DNA from: Escherichia coli | GTDB taxonomy: Bacteria; Pseudomonadota; Gammaproteobacteria; Enterobacterales; Enterobacteriaceae | Reading direction: 5' to 3' (one strand) | Length of the DNA: 64,000 nt | Assembly: GCF_044647545.1 (NCBI RefSeq) | Contig: NZ_CP172818.1 | Shown: positions 22,088-37,422 of the stretch, one piece after another | How positions within the stretch are numbered: the stretch's first letter is position 1 | Layout: each line of letters opens with the position of its first letter | Notes under the pieces: generated by a model | What the model was told of the DNA's origin: nothing | Databases searched by the model: none | The model's input: only the letters and a program-made list of their open reading frames with translations | Made by a program: the position numbers and the translations under genes

Positions 22088-22603
22088 CTAGATGTGCAGT
22101 TCCTGCAACTTCTCTTTCGGCAGCGCCAGTTCTTCGTTGCTGTTGATGCGCACGTCACGTTCCAGAATGCTACGCGCAATATCCTGCGCTTCCTGCAACG
22201 AGTGCATCTGGTAAGTGCCACACTGGTAGACGTTCAGTTCCGGGATCTGATTCTGATCCTGCACTTTCAGCACGTCTTCCATTGCCGCTTTCCAGGCATC
22301 AGCGACACGCTGCTCATCTGGCGTACCAATCAGACTCATATAAAAACCGGTGCGGCAGCCCATTGGCGAGATATCGATAATCTCTACGCCATTACCGTTA
22401 AGATGGTTACGCATAAAACCAGCAAACAGGTGCTCCAGGGTATGGATCCCTCTTTCTGGCATCACTTCTTTGTTCGGCACGCAGAAGCGCAGATCGAACA
22501 CGGTGATTGCGTCGCCATGCGGGGTGTTCATTGTTTTCGCCACCCGAACTGCAGGCGCTTCCATCCGGGTATGATCGACTGTGAAGCTATCTAACAACGG
22601 CAT
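22088..22603 (-). CDS. luxS: S-ribosylhomocysteine lyase (AI-2 synthase)
   Basis: ORF track 22088..22603, 171 aa; recognised LuxS with HTLEH metal-binding motif. Confidence 0.97.
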
Positions 22604-22671
22604 TTAGCCACCTCCGGTAATTTTTTTAAAAATTTTCTGAACTCTTTCTTCCCAGGCGAGTCTGAGTATAT

Positions 22672-22744
22672 GAAAGACGCGCATTTGTTATCATCATCCC
22701 TGAATTCAGAGATGAAATTTTGGCCACTCACGAGTGGCCTTTTT
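22672..22744 (+). ncRNA. micA: MicA (SraD) Hfq-dependent small RNA
   Basis: gaaagacgcgcatttgttatcatcatccctgaattcagagatgaaattttggccactcacgagtggcctttt matches my recollection of the MicA sequence, with its own terminator hairpin ggccactc-acg-agtggcc + TTTT. Confidence 0.93.
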
Positions 22745-22752
22745 CTTTTCTG

Positions 22753-24336
<1,584 letters not shown>

Positions 24337-24381
24337 TTAATTAGCATAACTGTAATGGTGACCATATGTGCAGGCCTACAA

Positions 24382-24810
24382 TTAGTGCCACCACATCATG
24401 CCCTGAACGGTAGCTGCTGCAACTGCAACATAGCGTAACGCTTTACCAAGGCACAAAAAAAAGATTACCGGTCCCCACGAGATGCGCATCCATCCCGCTA
24501 ACAGACACAGTAAATCGCCAACCACGGGCATCCAGCTTAATAATAGCGTGACTGCACCATAGCGTTTCAGCCAGCCGGTAGCTTTCTCTTGCCAGCGCGA
24601 TGTTTTACGCAATGGAAAGAAACGCCCAAGGATAACGTTAGTTAACCCTCCAAGGCTATTACCCATTGTTGCTGTTAAAACTAAAACCCAGGGATGACTG
24701 ATCCCGGAAAGCAACATTGCCACCAGCACGACTTCGGAGTTGCCGGGTAATAGTGTAGCGCTGAGAAAACTACTGGCAAACAACGAGAAAAGCGATAACG
24801 CTTCACTCAC
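24382..24810 (-). CDS. yqaA: DedA/SNARE-associated family inner membrane protein
   Basis: ORF track 24382..24810, 142 aa. Confidence 0.9.
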   Translation of the reverse strand: MSEALSLFSLFASSFLSATLLPGNSEVVLVAMLLSGISHPWVLVLTATMGNSLGGLTNVILGRFFPLRKTSRWQEKATGWLKRYGAVTLLLSWMPVVGDLLCLLAGWMRISWGPVIFFLCLGKALRYVAVAAATVQGMMWWH

Positions 24811-25373
24811 AGCAAGCGAACATCCACAGCGTCCATGCCTGCTGCACGGGCCGCCTGAATACCGAAATCGGCATCTTCAAAGACCACACACTGCGTCGGT
24901 TGCACGCCCATACGCTGCGCGCACAACAAAAATGTGTCTGGCGCGGGTTTATGGTGTTTGACGTGATCGGCAGCAACGACGGCGTCAAAATAACGGCGTA
25001 ATCCCAGGTGTGCCAGCAATGCCTCAGCGATGGCGCTTTCACTCCCCGTTCCTACAGCCATTGGGCGACGACCATGCCAGCTTTTCACCACTTCAACAAG
25101 AGGAAGCGGCTCGACACTATCCAGCAGCATACTTCTTACTGCTTCTGTTTTTTCACGCGCTAACGCATGCGGGTCGAGATCGGCCTGATTCAGCTCAATA
25201 ATCGCCTGAGCAATACGCCAGGTGGGCGAGCCATTAAGCGCAATCATCGCCTGAACGTCGTACTGAAGACCGTAGTGCCCTAATACTTCGCGCCACGCTT
25301 TACGGTGCGTAGGCTCCGTATCCAGGATTGTGCCATCCATATCAAAAATTAAACCTGCATAACGCTCGTACAT
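24807..25373 (-). CDS. yqaB: HAD-superfamily sugar-phosphate phosphatase
   Basis: ORF track 24807..25373, 188 aa; DxDGT HAD motif near N-terminus (LIFDMDGTILDT); 4-bp overlap with yqaA. Confidence 0.9.
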   Translation of the reverse strand: MYERYAGLIFDMDGTILDTEPTHRKAWREVLGHYGLQYDVQAMIALNGSPTWRIAQAIIELNQADLDPHALAREKTEAVRSMLLDSVEPLPLVEVVKSWHGRRPMAVGTGSESAIAEALLAHLGLRRYFDAVVAADHVKHHKPAPDTFLLCAQRMGVQPTQCVVFEDADFGIQAARAAGMDAVDVRLL

Positions 25374-25512
25374 GGTCTTCTCGCAAGTCGAAAAATATGA
25401 CGCTACTTTAGCGTAATTGCTTGATTTTGTCGCTGATGGCGAAGGAGAAGAAAATTCAGGAAATGGATAAAGTAGTTATTTAGAAATGAGATATTTTTGA
25501 AGGAAATTTTTT

Positions 25513-25538
25513 GGAGAAGATGGTGCATCCGGGAGGAT
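25513..25538 (-). repeat. 26-nt direct repeat of the argQ 3' end region (truncated extra tRNA-Arg unit)
   Basis: ggagaagatggtgcatccgggaggat at 25513-25538 is identical to 25645-25670, which covers the 3' end of argQ. Confidence 0.7.
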
Positions 25539-25652
25539 GACTCACTGGCGTTCGCCCTTCGGGCCGTTGCTGGCCGGCGTTATCCTCCCTGGTGCCTGCG
25601 GTTAATACCGCTACCTCTTCGATATCTTCATTGCTGAAGGTTACGGAGAAGA

Positions 25653-25729
25653 TGGTGCATCCGGGAGGATTCGAACCTCCGACCGCTCGGTTCGTAGCCG
25701 AGTACTCTATCCAGCTGAGCTACGGATGC
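25653..25729 (-). tRNA. argQ: tRNA-Arg (anticodon ACG)
   Basis: Reverse complement is GCATCCGTAGCTCAGCTGGATAGAGTACTCGGCTACGAACCGAGCGGTCGGAGGTTCGAATCCTCCCGGATGCACCA (77 nt, CCA encoded). Confidence 0.95.
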
Positions 25730-25792
25730 ATCGGGAAAATTTATTTTATTGCTGATATTGATACCGCTACTAAAGCCATATCAAGTAAGAGA

Positions 25793-25869
25793 TGGTGCAT
25801 CCGGGAGGATTCGAACCTCCGACCGCTCGGTTCGTAGCCGAGTACTCTATCCAGCTGAGCTACGGATGC
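25793..25869 (-). tRNA. argZ: tRNA-Arg (anticodon ACG)
   Basis: Identical 77-nt tRNA-Arg copy. Confidence 0.95.
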
Positions 25870-25931
25870 ATCGGGAAATTTATTTTACTGCTGATATTGA
25901 TACCGCCACTAAAGCTATATCAAGTAAGAGA

Positions 25932-26008
25932 TGGTGCATCCGGGAGGATTCGAACCTCCGACCGCTCGGTTCGTAGCCGAGTACTCTATCCAGCTGAGCT
26001 ACGGATGC
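25932..26008 (-). tRNA. argY: tRNA-Arg (anticodon ACG)
   Basis: Identical 77-nt tRNA-Arg copy. Confidence 0.95.
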
Positions 26009-26071
26009 ATCGGGAAACTTACTTTACTGCAGATTTTTTGATACCGCCACTAAAGCCGTATCAAGTAAGAA

Positions 26072-26148
26072 TGGTGCATCCGGGAGGATTCGAACCTCCG
26101 ACCGCTCGGTTCGTAGCCGAGTACTCTATCCAGCTGAGCTACGGATGC
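26072..26148 (-). tRNA. argV: tRNA-Arg (anticodon ACG)
   Basis: Identical 77-nt tRNA-Arg copy. Confidence 0.95.
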
Positions 26149-26151
26149 AAA

Positions 26152-26244
26152 TGGCGGTGAGGCGGGGATTCGAACCCCGGATGCAGCTTTTGACCGCATA
26201 CTCCCTTAGCAGGGGAGCGCCTTCAGCCTCTCGGCCACCTCACC
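26152..26244 (-). tRNA. serV: tRNA-Ser (anticodon GCU), long variable arm
   Basis: Reverse complement is GGTGAGGTGGCCGAGAGGCTGAAGGCGCTCCCCTGCTAAGGGAGTATGCGGTCAAAAGCTGCATCCGGGGTTCGAATCCCCGCCTCACCGCCA (93 nt). Confidence 0.95.
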
Positions 26245-26559
26245 ACACGTCTCTTACGAGTGCTTCGAAGAACTTGTTTATCGCTCATCGTCGCTGCGTG
26301 GCGCACATATTACTTTCTGAGACTTATAAGTCAAACAATTTTTCCCACACTTTTATCGTTTGCACACTTCACGCTCAATTAGTCTGTAAAAACGTCAAAA
26401 AGAGTGTTTTATCAACAGAAAAACGGAGGTCTGACAGATAGCAGTAATGCAAAAAAATGGAGACTTAAGTTGAATGAACGGGAGTAAAGCGAAAAGACAA
26501 TGGAGTGAAAGAGAAATTTTGAGGGTGCGTCTCACCGATAAAGATGAGACGCGGAAAGA

Positions 26560-26745
26560 TTAGTAACTGGACTGCTGGGATTTTTCAGCCTGGATACGCT
26601 GGTAGATCTCTTCACGGTGAACAGAAACTTCCTTCGGGGCATTTACGCCAATACGTACCTGGTTGCCCTTTACCCCTAAAACTGTCACGGTGACCTCATC
26701 CCCAATCATGAGGGTCTCACCAACTCGACGAGTCAGAATCAGCAT
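26560..26745 (-). CDS. csrA: carbon storage regulator, RNA-binding global regulator
   Basis: ORF track 26560..26745, 61 aa; recognised CsrA ([48 protein letters not shown]...). Confidence 0.97.
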
Positions 26746-26979
26746 TCTTTGCTCCTTGAAAGATTAAAAGAGTCGGGTCTCTCTGTATCCCGGCATTATC
26801 CATCATATAACGCCAAAAAGTAAGCAATGACAAACACATTACATCTAAGCAGTCATGGCATTACATTCTGTTAAACCTAAGTTTAGCCGATATACACAAC
26901 TTCAACCTGACTTTATCGTTGTCGATAGCGTTAATGCGAATGCCGTGAAGCGAGTCCACGGCATTGCCTGACGCTTATA

Positions 26980-29610
26980 TTATTGCAATTTCGCGCTGAC
27001 CCAGCCTTTCACACTGGCTAACGCTGCAGGTAAGGCCGCAGCATCCGTACCACCGGCTTGCGCCATGTCAGGACGTCCACCACCCTTGCCGCCCACCTGC
27101 TGAGCGACCATACCAATCAGCTCCCCTGCTTTCACACGATCTGTGACGTCCTTAGATACGCCTGCAATCAGAGAAACCTTACCTTCGGCTACCGTTGCCA
27201 GCACGATAATTGTCGACCCCAGCTGATTTTTTAAATCGTCAACCATGGTACGCAACATTTTCGGCTCAACACCGCTAAGCTCGCTAACCAACAGCTTAAC
27301 ACCATTAACATCAATTGCCTTACTGGAAAGATTTGCGCTCTCCTGTGCGGCAGCTTGTTCTTTAAGCTGTTGTAACTCTTTTTCCAACTGACGCGTACGT
27401 TCCAGTACTGAACGCACTTTATCAGCCAGATTATTGCTATCGCCTTTCAGCAGATGCGCGACTTCGCTTAAGCGATCACTGTCTGCATGAACGGTGGCGA
27501 TAGCGCCTTCTCCGGTTACCGCTTCGATACGACGAACGCCTGCAGCAGTACCCGATTCAGAGATGATGCGGAACAGACCAATATCACCAGTGCGGCTGGC
27601 GTGAGTACCGCCACACAACTCGGTGGAGAAATCACCCATGCTCAGCACGCGTACGCGCTCATCATACTTCTCGCCAAACAGCGCCATCGCACCTTTCGCT
27701 TTCGCCGCTTCGAGATCCATGATGTTGGTTTCGATCGGCAAGTTACGGCGAATCTGTGCGTTCACCAGGTCTTCGACCGCACGAATCTCTTCTGGTTTCA
27801 TCGCTTCGTTGTGTGAGAAGTCGAAGCGCAGCACTTTGTCGTTAACCAGTGAACCTTTCTGCGATACATGAGTACCCAGAACCTGGCGCAGCGCAGCGTG
27901 CATCAGGTGCGTTGCGGAGTGATTCAGACGAATACGGGCGCGACGAGCCTCATCAACATCAGCCTGCACAGCGTCGCCCACTTTCAGAGAACCCGTAGCA
28001 AGTTTACCGATGTGACCAATCGCCTGGCCGTATTTCTGAGTATCTTCCACCGCAAAGGAGAAGTTAGCGCCTTTCAGTTCGCCTTTATCACCAACCTGAC
28101 CGCCGGATTCCGCATAGAATGGCGTTTGATCCAGCACGACCACAGCTTCCTGGCCTGCATTGACGGCATCAACCGCTTTACCATCAACAAACAGCGCGGT
28201 CACTTTGCCGTTCAGTTCCAGATGGTCATAGCCTTTAAATTCAGATGCACTGTCAACACGGATCATTGCGTTGTAATCGGCACCAAAGCCGCTGGCTTCG
28301 CGCGCACGACGACGCTGCTCTTCCATTGCTGCTTCAAATCCAGCTTCGTCAACTTTGATGTTGCGCTCACGACAAACATCAGCCGTCAGGTCAACCGGGA
28401 AGCCATAGGTGTCGTACAAACGGAAAGCAGTTTCACCATCCAGCGTATCACCAGAAAGTTTTGCCAGCTCTTCATCCAGCAACGCCAGACCGCGCTCCAG
28501 AGTACGAGCAAACTGCTCTTCTTCAGTCTTCAGCACCTGCTCAACCTGCGCCTGCTGGCGTTTCAGGTCTTCACCCGCAGAGCCCATAACGTCGATCAGC
28601 GGACCAACCAGTTTGTAGAAAAAGGTTTCTTTCGCGCCGAGCATATTACCGTGACGCACTGCGCGACGAATGATACGACGCAGTACATAACCACGGTTTT
28701 CGTTGGACGGCATTACGCCATCCGCGATCAGGAACGCACAAGAACGAATGTGGTCAGCGATTACGCGCAGCGATTTATTGCTCAGATCGGTTGCGCCAGT
28801 GACTTTCGCTACCGCCTGGATCAGCGTGCGGAACAAGTCGATGTCATAGTTAGAGTTAACGTGTTGCAGCACCGCAGCAATACGCTCCAGACCCATACCG
28901 GTATCTACAGACGGCTTCGGCAGCGGTTCCATCGTGCCATCGGCCTGGCGGTTGAACTGCATGAAGACGATGTTCCAGATCTCAATGTAGCGATCGCCGT
29001 CTTCTTCCGGACTTCCCGGAGGGCCACCCCAAATGTGGTCGCCGTGATCGTAGAAGATTTCGGTGCACGGGCCGCACGGACCAGTGTCACCCATCTGCCA
29101 GAAGTTGTCAGATGCGTATGGCGCACCTTTGTTATCGCCGATGCGAATAATACGTTCGCGCGGGATCCCTACTTCTTTTTCCCAGATTTCGTAGGCTTCG
29201 TCGTCGCTTTCATAGACGGTAACCCACAGACGCTCTTTCGGCAGGGCAAACCATTTTTCACTGGTCAGCAGTTCCCATGCAAACTGAATGGCATCGTGTT
29301 TGAAATAGTCGCCGAAGCTGAAGTTGCCCAGCATTTCGAAGAAGGTATGGTGACGCGCGGTGTAACCGACGTTTTCCAGGTCGTTGTGTTTACCACCCGC
29401 ACGCACGCAGCGTTGGGAAGTGGTAGCGCGGGAATAATTACGCTTGTCGAGCCCAAGGAACACATCCTTGAACTGGTTCATCCCGGCGTTGGTAAACAAC
29501 AAAGTTGGGTCGTTATGGGGTACCAGGGAGCTGCTGGCAACTACCTGATGTCCCTTACTATGGAAAAAGTCGAGAAACGCCTGACGGATCTCAGCGGTGC
29601 TCTTGCTCAT
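26980..29610 (-). CDS. alaS: alanine--tRNA ligase
   Basis: ORF track 26980..29610, 876 aa; recognised AlaS. Confidence 0.97.
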   Translation of the reverse strand: MSKSTAEIRQAFLDFFHSKGHQVVASSSLVPHNDPTLLFTNAGMNQFKDVFLGLDKRNYSRATTSQRCVRAGGKHNDLENVGYTARHHTFFEMLGNFSFGDYFKHDAIQFAWELLTSEKWFALPKERLWVTVYESDDEAYEIWEKEVGIPRERIIRIGDNKGAPYASDNFWQMGDTGPCGPCTEIFYDHGDHIWGGPPGSPEEDGDRYIEIWNIVFMQFNRQADGTMEPLPKPSVDTGMGLERIAAVLQHVNSNYDIDLFRTLIQAVAKVTGATDLSNKSLRVIADHIRSCAFLIADGVMPSNENRGYVLRRIIRRAVRHGNMLGAKETFFYKLVGPLIDVMGSAGEDLKRQQAQVEQVLKTEEEQFARTLERGLALLDEELAKLSGDTLDGETAFRLYDTYGFPVDLTADVCRERNIKVDEAGFEAAMEEQRRRAREASGFGADYNAMIRVDSASEFKGYDHLELNGKVTALFVDGKAVDAVNAGQEAVVVLDQTPFYAESGGQVGDKGELKGANFSFAVEDTQKYGQAIGHIGKLATGSLKVGDAVQADVDEARRARIRLNHSATHLMHAALRQVLGTHVSQKGSLVNDKVLRFDFSHNEAMKPEEIRAVEDLVNAQIRRNLPIETNIMDLEAAKAKGAMALFGEKYDERVRVLSMGDFSTELCGGTHASRTGDIGLFRIISESGTAAGVRRIEAVTGEGAIATVHADSDRLSEVAHLLKGDSNNLADKVRSVLERTRQLEKELQQLKEQAAAQESANLSSKAIDVNGVKLLVSELSGVEPKMLRTMVDDLKNQLGSTIIVLATVAEGKVSLIAGVSKDVTDRVKAGELIGMVAQQVGGKGGGRPDMAQAGGTDAAALPAALASVKGWVSAKLQ

Positions 29611-29738
29611 AATTATCCTGAAATCAAGCTAACGAAATATCGCTACCAGCCGTTGCGTGTCGTTAACCGCCCGGCTGGTAACTGAAAAGTGGGAATAAGA
29701 TAAGTTTTCTTGACTGGGAAGTAAAATCCCGTATGCGT

Positions 29739-30239
29739 TCAGTCGGCAAAATTTCGCCAAATATCCTGGATATCTTCCATCAGATAGCCACGATAGAGCA
29801 GAAAACGCTGGATCTTAACTTTTTCTGAAAAGGCAGTTGGCAAAGGTTCGCCATATTTTCGCGTCGCCTGATCGCGCGCCAGTTCGCACCAGTCGATGTC
29901 ACATTCACGCATCGCTTTTTCTGTCGCTTCGCGGGAAATACCTTTCTGATTCAGTTCCTGACGAATACGCGCAGGTCCATAACCTTTGCGACTACGACTG
30001 GCAATAAAGCGCGCCACAAATCGGCTGTCATCGAGATAGCCATGTTCATGGCACCAGGCGATAACCCGCTCGTAATCTTCTGCCGTAGCATCAATCTCTT
30101 CCGGGCCATTTTTGCCCATAATCGGTGCCGCGAGTTTACGCCGCAGTTCTTGCTCACTGTGATCGCGCACCGCCAGAATGCGTACCGCACGATCCAACAG
30201 GCGAGCATATGCCGGGCGACGGGATGTTGATTCTGTCAT
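29739..30239 (-). CDS. recX: RecA inhibitor RecX
   Basis: ORF track 29739..30239, 166 aa; directly downstream of recA. Confidence 0.95.
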   Translation of the reverse strand: MTESTSRRPAYARLLDRAVRILAVRDHSEQELRRKLAAPIMGKNGPEEIDATAEDYERVIAWCHEHGYLDDSRFVARFIASRSRKGYGPARIRQELNQKGISREATEKAMRECDIDWCELARDQATRKYGEPLPTAFSEKVKIQRFLLYRGYLMEDIQDIWRNFAD

Positions 30240-30255
30240 GGCATATCCTTACAAC

Positions 30256-30290
30256 TTAAAAAAGCAAAAGGGCCGCAGATGCGACCCTTG
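30256..30290 (-). terminator. hairpin plus U-tract between recA and recX (attenuating terminator)
   Basis: Minus-strand agggtcgcatctgcggccct hairpin followed by TTTTGCTTTTTT; a terminator between recA and recX is described for E. coli (established knowledge). Confidence 0.55.
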
Positions 30291-30307
30291 TGTATCAAAC
30301 AAGACGA

Positions 30308-31448
<1,141 letters not shown>

Positions 31449-31946
31449 TCAAGTGTTTTGTAGAAATTGTTGCCACAAGGTCTGCAATGCATACGCAGTA
31501 GCCTGACGACGCACCGCATCACGGTCACCGCTGAAGCATTCCCGGCGGGTAATACCTTCGCCGCGGGCGGTGGCAAAAGCAAACCAGACGGTGCCGACAG
31601 GCTTCTCTTCACTGCCGCCATCCGGCCCGGCGATACCACTAATAGACACGGCATAATCAGCACGAGCCGCTTTCAGTGCGCCTATCGCCATTTCCACCAC
31701 GACAGGCTCGCTCACCGCGCCATGCTGCGCCAGCGTCTCTTCACGTACGCCGATCATTTGCGCTTTGGCTTCGTTACTGTAGGTGACAAATCCGCGTTCA
31801 AACCAGGCGGAGCTACCGGCAATATCGGTAATCACTTTCGCTACCCAACCACCGGTACAAGACTCAGCAGTTGTTACGGTTGCGCCACGGGCTTTCAGCG
31901 CCTGCCCAACCTGTTCGCTTAACTGCATCAGTTCACTGTCAGTCAT
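31449..31946 (-). CDS. pncC: NMN amidohydrolase (CinA C-terminal domain family)
   Basis: ORF track 31449..31949; start placed at second Met (MTDSELMQLSEQ...); 165 aa. Confidence 0.9.
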   Translation of the reverse strand: MTDSELMQLSEQVGQALKARGATVTTAESCTGGWVAKVITDIAGSSAWFERGFVTYSNEAKAQMIGVREETLAQHGAVSEPVVVEMAIGALKAARADYAVSISGIAGPDGGSEEKPVGTVWFAFATARGEGITRRECFSGDRDAVRRQATAYALQTLWQQFLQNT

Positions 31947-32090
31947 CACAACCTCTGTCAGTCAAAAATTTATGCCGGACAAGATAGCACTTTCGTCAGG
32001 AAGATGGTGTTGGCGTTGCAATTTTACGAGGAGGATTCAGAAAAAAGCTGATTAGCCAGAGGGAAGCTCACGCCCCCCTCTTGCAAATAG

Positions 32091-33176
32091 TTACTGCACG
32101 CGCGCCAGCGCCACGGCTTGTCCTAACTGCCAGACCGCCATTGCGTAATGGGTGCTGTGGTTATAACGGGTAATGGTGTAGAAGTTCGGCAGACCGTACC
32201 AGTACTGGTAACCTGTTCCAACATCCAGACGCAGCAGGCTGGCTTGTTGATGGTTGCCCAGCGGCTGCTGTGGCGTTAAACCTGCCGCGGCAAGTTGTGA
32301 AATGCTGTACCTGGTTTTGAAGCCATTTGGCAAGCCTGGAGCCTGACCGTTTGCCATCACCGCAACCTGATCACCTTTCACCCAGCCGTGCGCTTTGAAA
32401 TAGTTCGCCACACTACCAATGGCATCAACCGGATCCCACAGGTTGATATGCCCGTCGCCGCTGAAATCTACCGCATATTGTTTGTAAGACGACGGCATAA
32501 ACTGTCCGTAGCCCATCGCCCCGGCAAAGGAACCTTTCAGATTGAGCGGATCGTCCTGCTCGTCGCGCGCCATCAGCAGGAAGGTTTCCAGCTCGCCAGA
32601 GAAATACTCCGCGCGGCGTGGGTAGTTAAATGACAGCGTTGCCAGCGCATCGAGGATGCGAGTTTTCCCCATCACGCGTCCCCAGCGGGTTTCAACGCCG
32701 ATAATCCCGACGATAATTTCTGGCGGTACGCCATACACTTGCCATGCGCGATTCAGCGCATCTTCATACTGATTCCAGAAAACCACGCCGTTTTGCACGT
32801 TGTCCGGCGTAATAAATTTTTTGCGATAACGCAGCCATGCGCCGTTCGGACCTGATGGCGGCTTCACCGATGTGGTTGGTGCCTGGTTATCCATCAGCCG
32901 CAGTACCGAATCCAGACGTTTCGCCTGGGAGAGAATTTCCTGCAACTGCTGACGATTGAAACCGTGTTTGTTCACCATTTTGTCGATGAACTGCTGGGCA
33001 TTCGGGTTATTGGCGAAGTCACCGCCCATCTGCATCACATTGTGCTGCGGCTCAAGCAGGAAGCCGCCAGACGGCGTTCCGGTGGTCGTTTCAGTCTCAG
33101 TAGGTTTTGGCTTGCTGCTACAGGCGGCAAGCAACACAAAAAGGGGAAGCAATGTTACATAACGACGCTTGAACAT
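32091..33176 (-). CDS. mltB: membrane-bound lytic murein transglycosylase B (lipoprotein)
   Basis: ORF track frame 32091..33281; start placed at ATG 33176 (MFKRRYVTLLPLFVLLAACSS with lipobox). Confidence 0.92.
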   Translation of the reverse strand: MFKRRYVTLLPLFVLLAACSSKPKPTETETTTGTPSGGFLLEPQHNVMQMGGDFANNPNAQQFIDKMVNKHGFNRQQLQEILSQAKRLDSVLRLMDNQAPTTSVKPPSGPNGAWLRYRKKFITPDNVQNGVVFWNQYEDALNRAWQVYGVPPEIIVGIIGVETRWGRVMGKTRILDALATLSFNYPRRAEYFSGELETFLLMARDEQDDPLNLKGSFAGAMGYGQFMPSSYKQYAVDFSGDGHINLWDPVDAIGSVANYFKAHGWVKGDQVAVMANGQAPGLPNGFKTRYSISQLAAAGLTPQQPLGNHQQASLLRLDVGTGYQYWYGLPNFYTITRYNHSTHYAMAVWQLGQAVALARVQ

Positions 33177-33414
33177 GAGGGGTCCATTTAACAGATTCAA
33201 CCAGGGGCAAGTATGGTAAAGCATCCCGCCCCGCACAAGGAAGCGGTAGTCACTGCCCGATACGGACTTTACATAACTCAACTCATTCTCCTCACTACCT
33301 TCTTTATATAAACTTTCAAAATAAAATATTTATCTTTCATTTTGCGATCAAAATAACACTTTTAAATCTTTCAATCTGATTAGATTAGATTGCCGTTTGG
33401 TAATAAAACAATAA

Positions 33415-34952
<1,538 letters not shown>

Positions 34953-34962
34953 AGGCTGAAAC

Positions 34963-36117
<1,155 letters not shown>

Positions 36118-36122
36118 TTAAC

Positions 36123-36150
36123 AGCGGAGATCCGTTAAGGATCTCCGCGA
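36123..36150 (+). terminator. hairpin after srlD (weak terminator candidate, no clear U-tract)
   Basis: gcggagatcc-gttaa-ggatctccgc perfect inverted repeat. Confidence 0.35.
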
Positions 36151-36162
36151 GACTAATAGAAT

Positions 36163-36191
36163 GCCTGATGCGCTACGCTTATCAGGCCTAC
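36163..36191. repeat. REP element between srlD and gutM
   Basis: gcctgatgcgctacgcttatcaggcctac. Confidence 0.6.
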
Positions 36192-36222
36192 AGGACTTCC
36201 GCCACTACATTAAGGAGAAGTT

Positions 36223-36582
36223 ATGGTATCCGCACTCATCACCGTCGCCGTTATCGCCTGGTGTGCGCAACTGGCCTTAGGCGGCTGGCAAATTTCTCGT
36301 TTTAACCGTGCCTTCGACACACTATGCCAGCAAGGGCGGGTTGGCGTGGGCCGTTCCAGCGGGCGCTTTAAACCGCGGGTCGTGGTCGCCATCGCCCTGG
36401 ACGATCAGCAGCGCATCGTCGACACCTTGTTTATGAAAGGACTGACCGTCTTCGCCCGACCGCAAAAAATTCCCGCAATTACCGGTATGCATGCGGGTGA
36501 TTTACAGCCCGATGTGATCTTTCCCCATGATCCACTATCACAGAATGCTCTATCATTGGCGCTTAAACTGAAACGTGGATAA
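36223..36582 (+). CDS. gutM: glucitol operon activator
   Basis: ORF track 36223..36582, 119 aa. Confidence 0.93.
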   Translation: MVSALITVAVIAWCAQLALGGWQISRFNRAFDTLCQQGRVGVGRSSGRFKPRVVVAIALDDQQRIVDTLFMKGLTVFARPQKIPAITGMHAGDLQPDVIFPHDPLSQNALSLALKLKRG

Positions 36583-36648
36583 TTTCGTTGTGAATGTTAC
36601 TTGCTTGCGAAGTTATCATTTTGAAACCTAAATCAGGTAATCACGCCC

Positions 36649-37422
36649 ATGAAACCTCGTCAGCGTCAGGCCGCCATTCTGGAGTATCTGCAAAAGCAGG
36701 GTAAATGCTCGGTTGAAGAATTGGCGCAATACTTTGACACCACAGGCACAACCATTCGCAAAGATCTGGTCATTCTGGAACATGCCGGAACCGTCATTCG
36801 TACTTATGGCGGAGTGGTGTTGAATAAAGAGGAATCCGATCCGCCTATCGATCATAAAACACTCATCAACACCCACAAGAAAGAGCTGATTGCAGAAGCT
36901 GCCGTTAGTTTTATCCATGATGGCGATTCGATCATTCTTGATGCTGGCAGTACCGTTTTGCAGATGGTTCCCCTGCTCTCGCGCTTTAATAACATCACAG
37001 TGATGACCAACAGCCTGCATATCGTCAATGCGCTATCCGAACTGGATAACGAACAAACTATCCTGATGCCAGGCGGAACATTTCGTAAAAAATCGGCCTC
37101 ATTTCACGGGCAACTGGCAGAGAATGCCTTCGAGCATTTCACCTTCGATAAATTGTTTATGGGCACCGACGGCATCGATCTCAATGCGGGCGTAACCACG
37201 TTCAACGAGGTTTATACCGTCAGTAAGGCAATGTGCAATGCCGCGCGCGAAGTGATTTTGATGGCGGACTCATCAAAGTTTGGCCGTAAAAGCCCCAACG
37301 TAGTTTGCAGTCTTGAAAGCGTCGATAAGCTAATTACCGACGCAGGTATCGATCCAGCGTTTCGTCAGGCGCTGGAAAAGAAAGGGATCGACGTGATCAT
37401 AACCGGAGAGAGCAATGAGTGA
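36649..37422 (+). CDS. srlR: DeoR-family glucitol operon repressor
   Basis: ORF track 36649..37422, 257 aa. Confidence 0.95.
   Translation: MKPRQRQAAILEYLQKQGKCSVEELAQYFDTTGTTIRKDLVILEHAGTVIRTYGGVVLNKEESDPPIDHKTLINTHKKELIAEAAVSFIHDGDSIILDAGSTVLQMVPLLSRFNNITVMTNSLHIVNALSELDNEQTILMPGGTFRKKSASFHGQLAENAFEHFTFDKLFMGTDGIDLNAGVTTFNEVYTVSKAMCNAAREVILMADSSKFGRKSPNVVCSLESVDKLITDAGIDPAFRQALEKKGIDVIITGESNE

Noticed and set aside
25500-26250. Possible CRISPR array, given the regular roughly 140-bp repeats
   Set aside because: The repeats are complete tRNA-Arg genes with near-identical rather than unique spacers, and there are no cas genes nearby; this is a tRNA operon.
25592-26441. ORFs of 75-122 aa running across the tRNA array (25592..25837, 25749..25976, 25792..26160, 26145..26441)
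   Set aside because: They are translated through tRNA genes and their repeated spacers (peptides repeat [25 protein letters not shown]); artefact of the tandem repeat.
27868-29685. 605-aa ORF on the plus strand
   Set aside because: Lies entirely antisense to alaS; no RBS and no recognisable domains. Long antisense frames are common opposite highly expressed, codon-biased genes.
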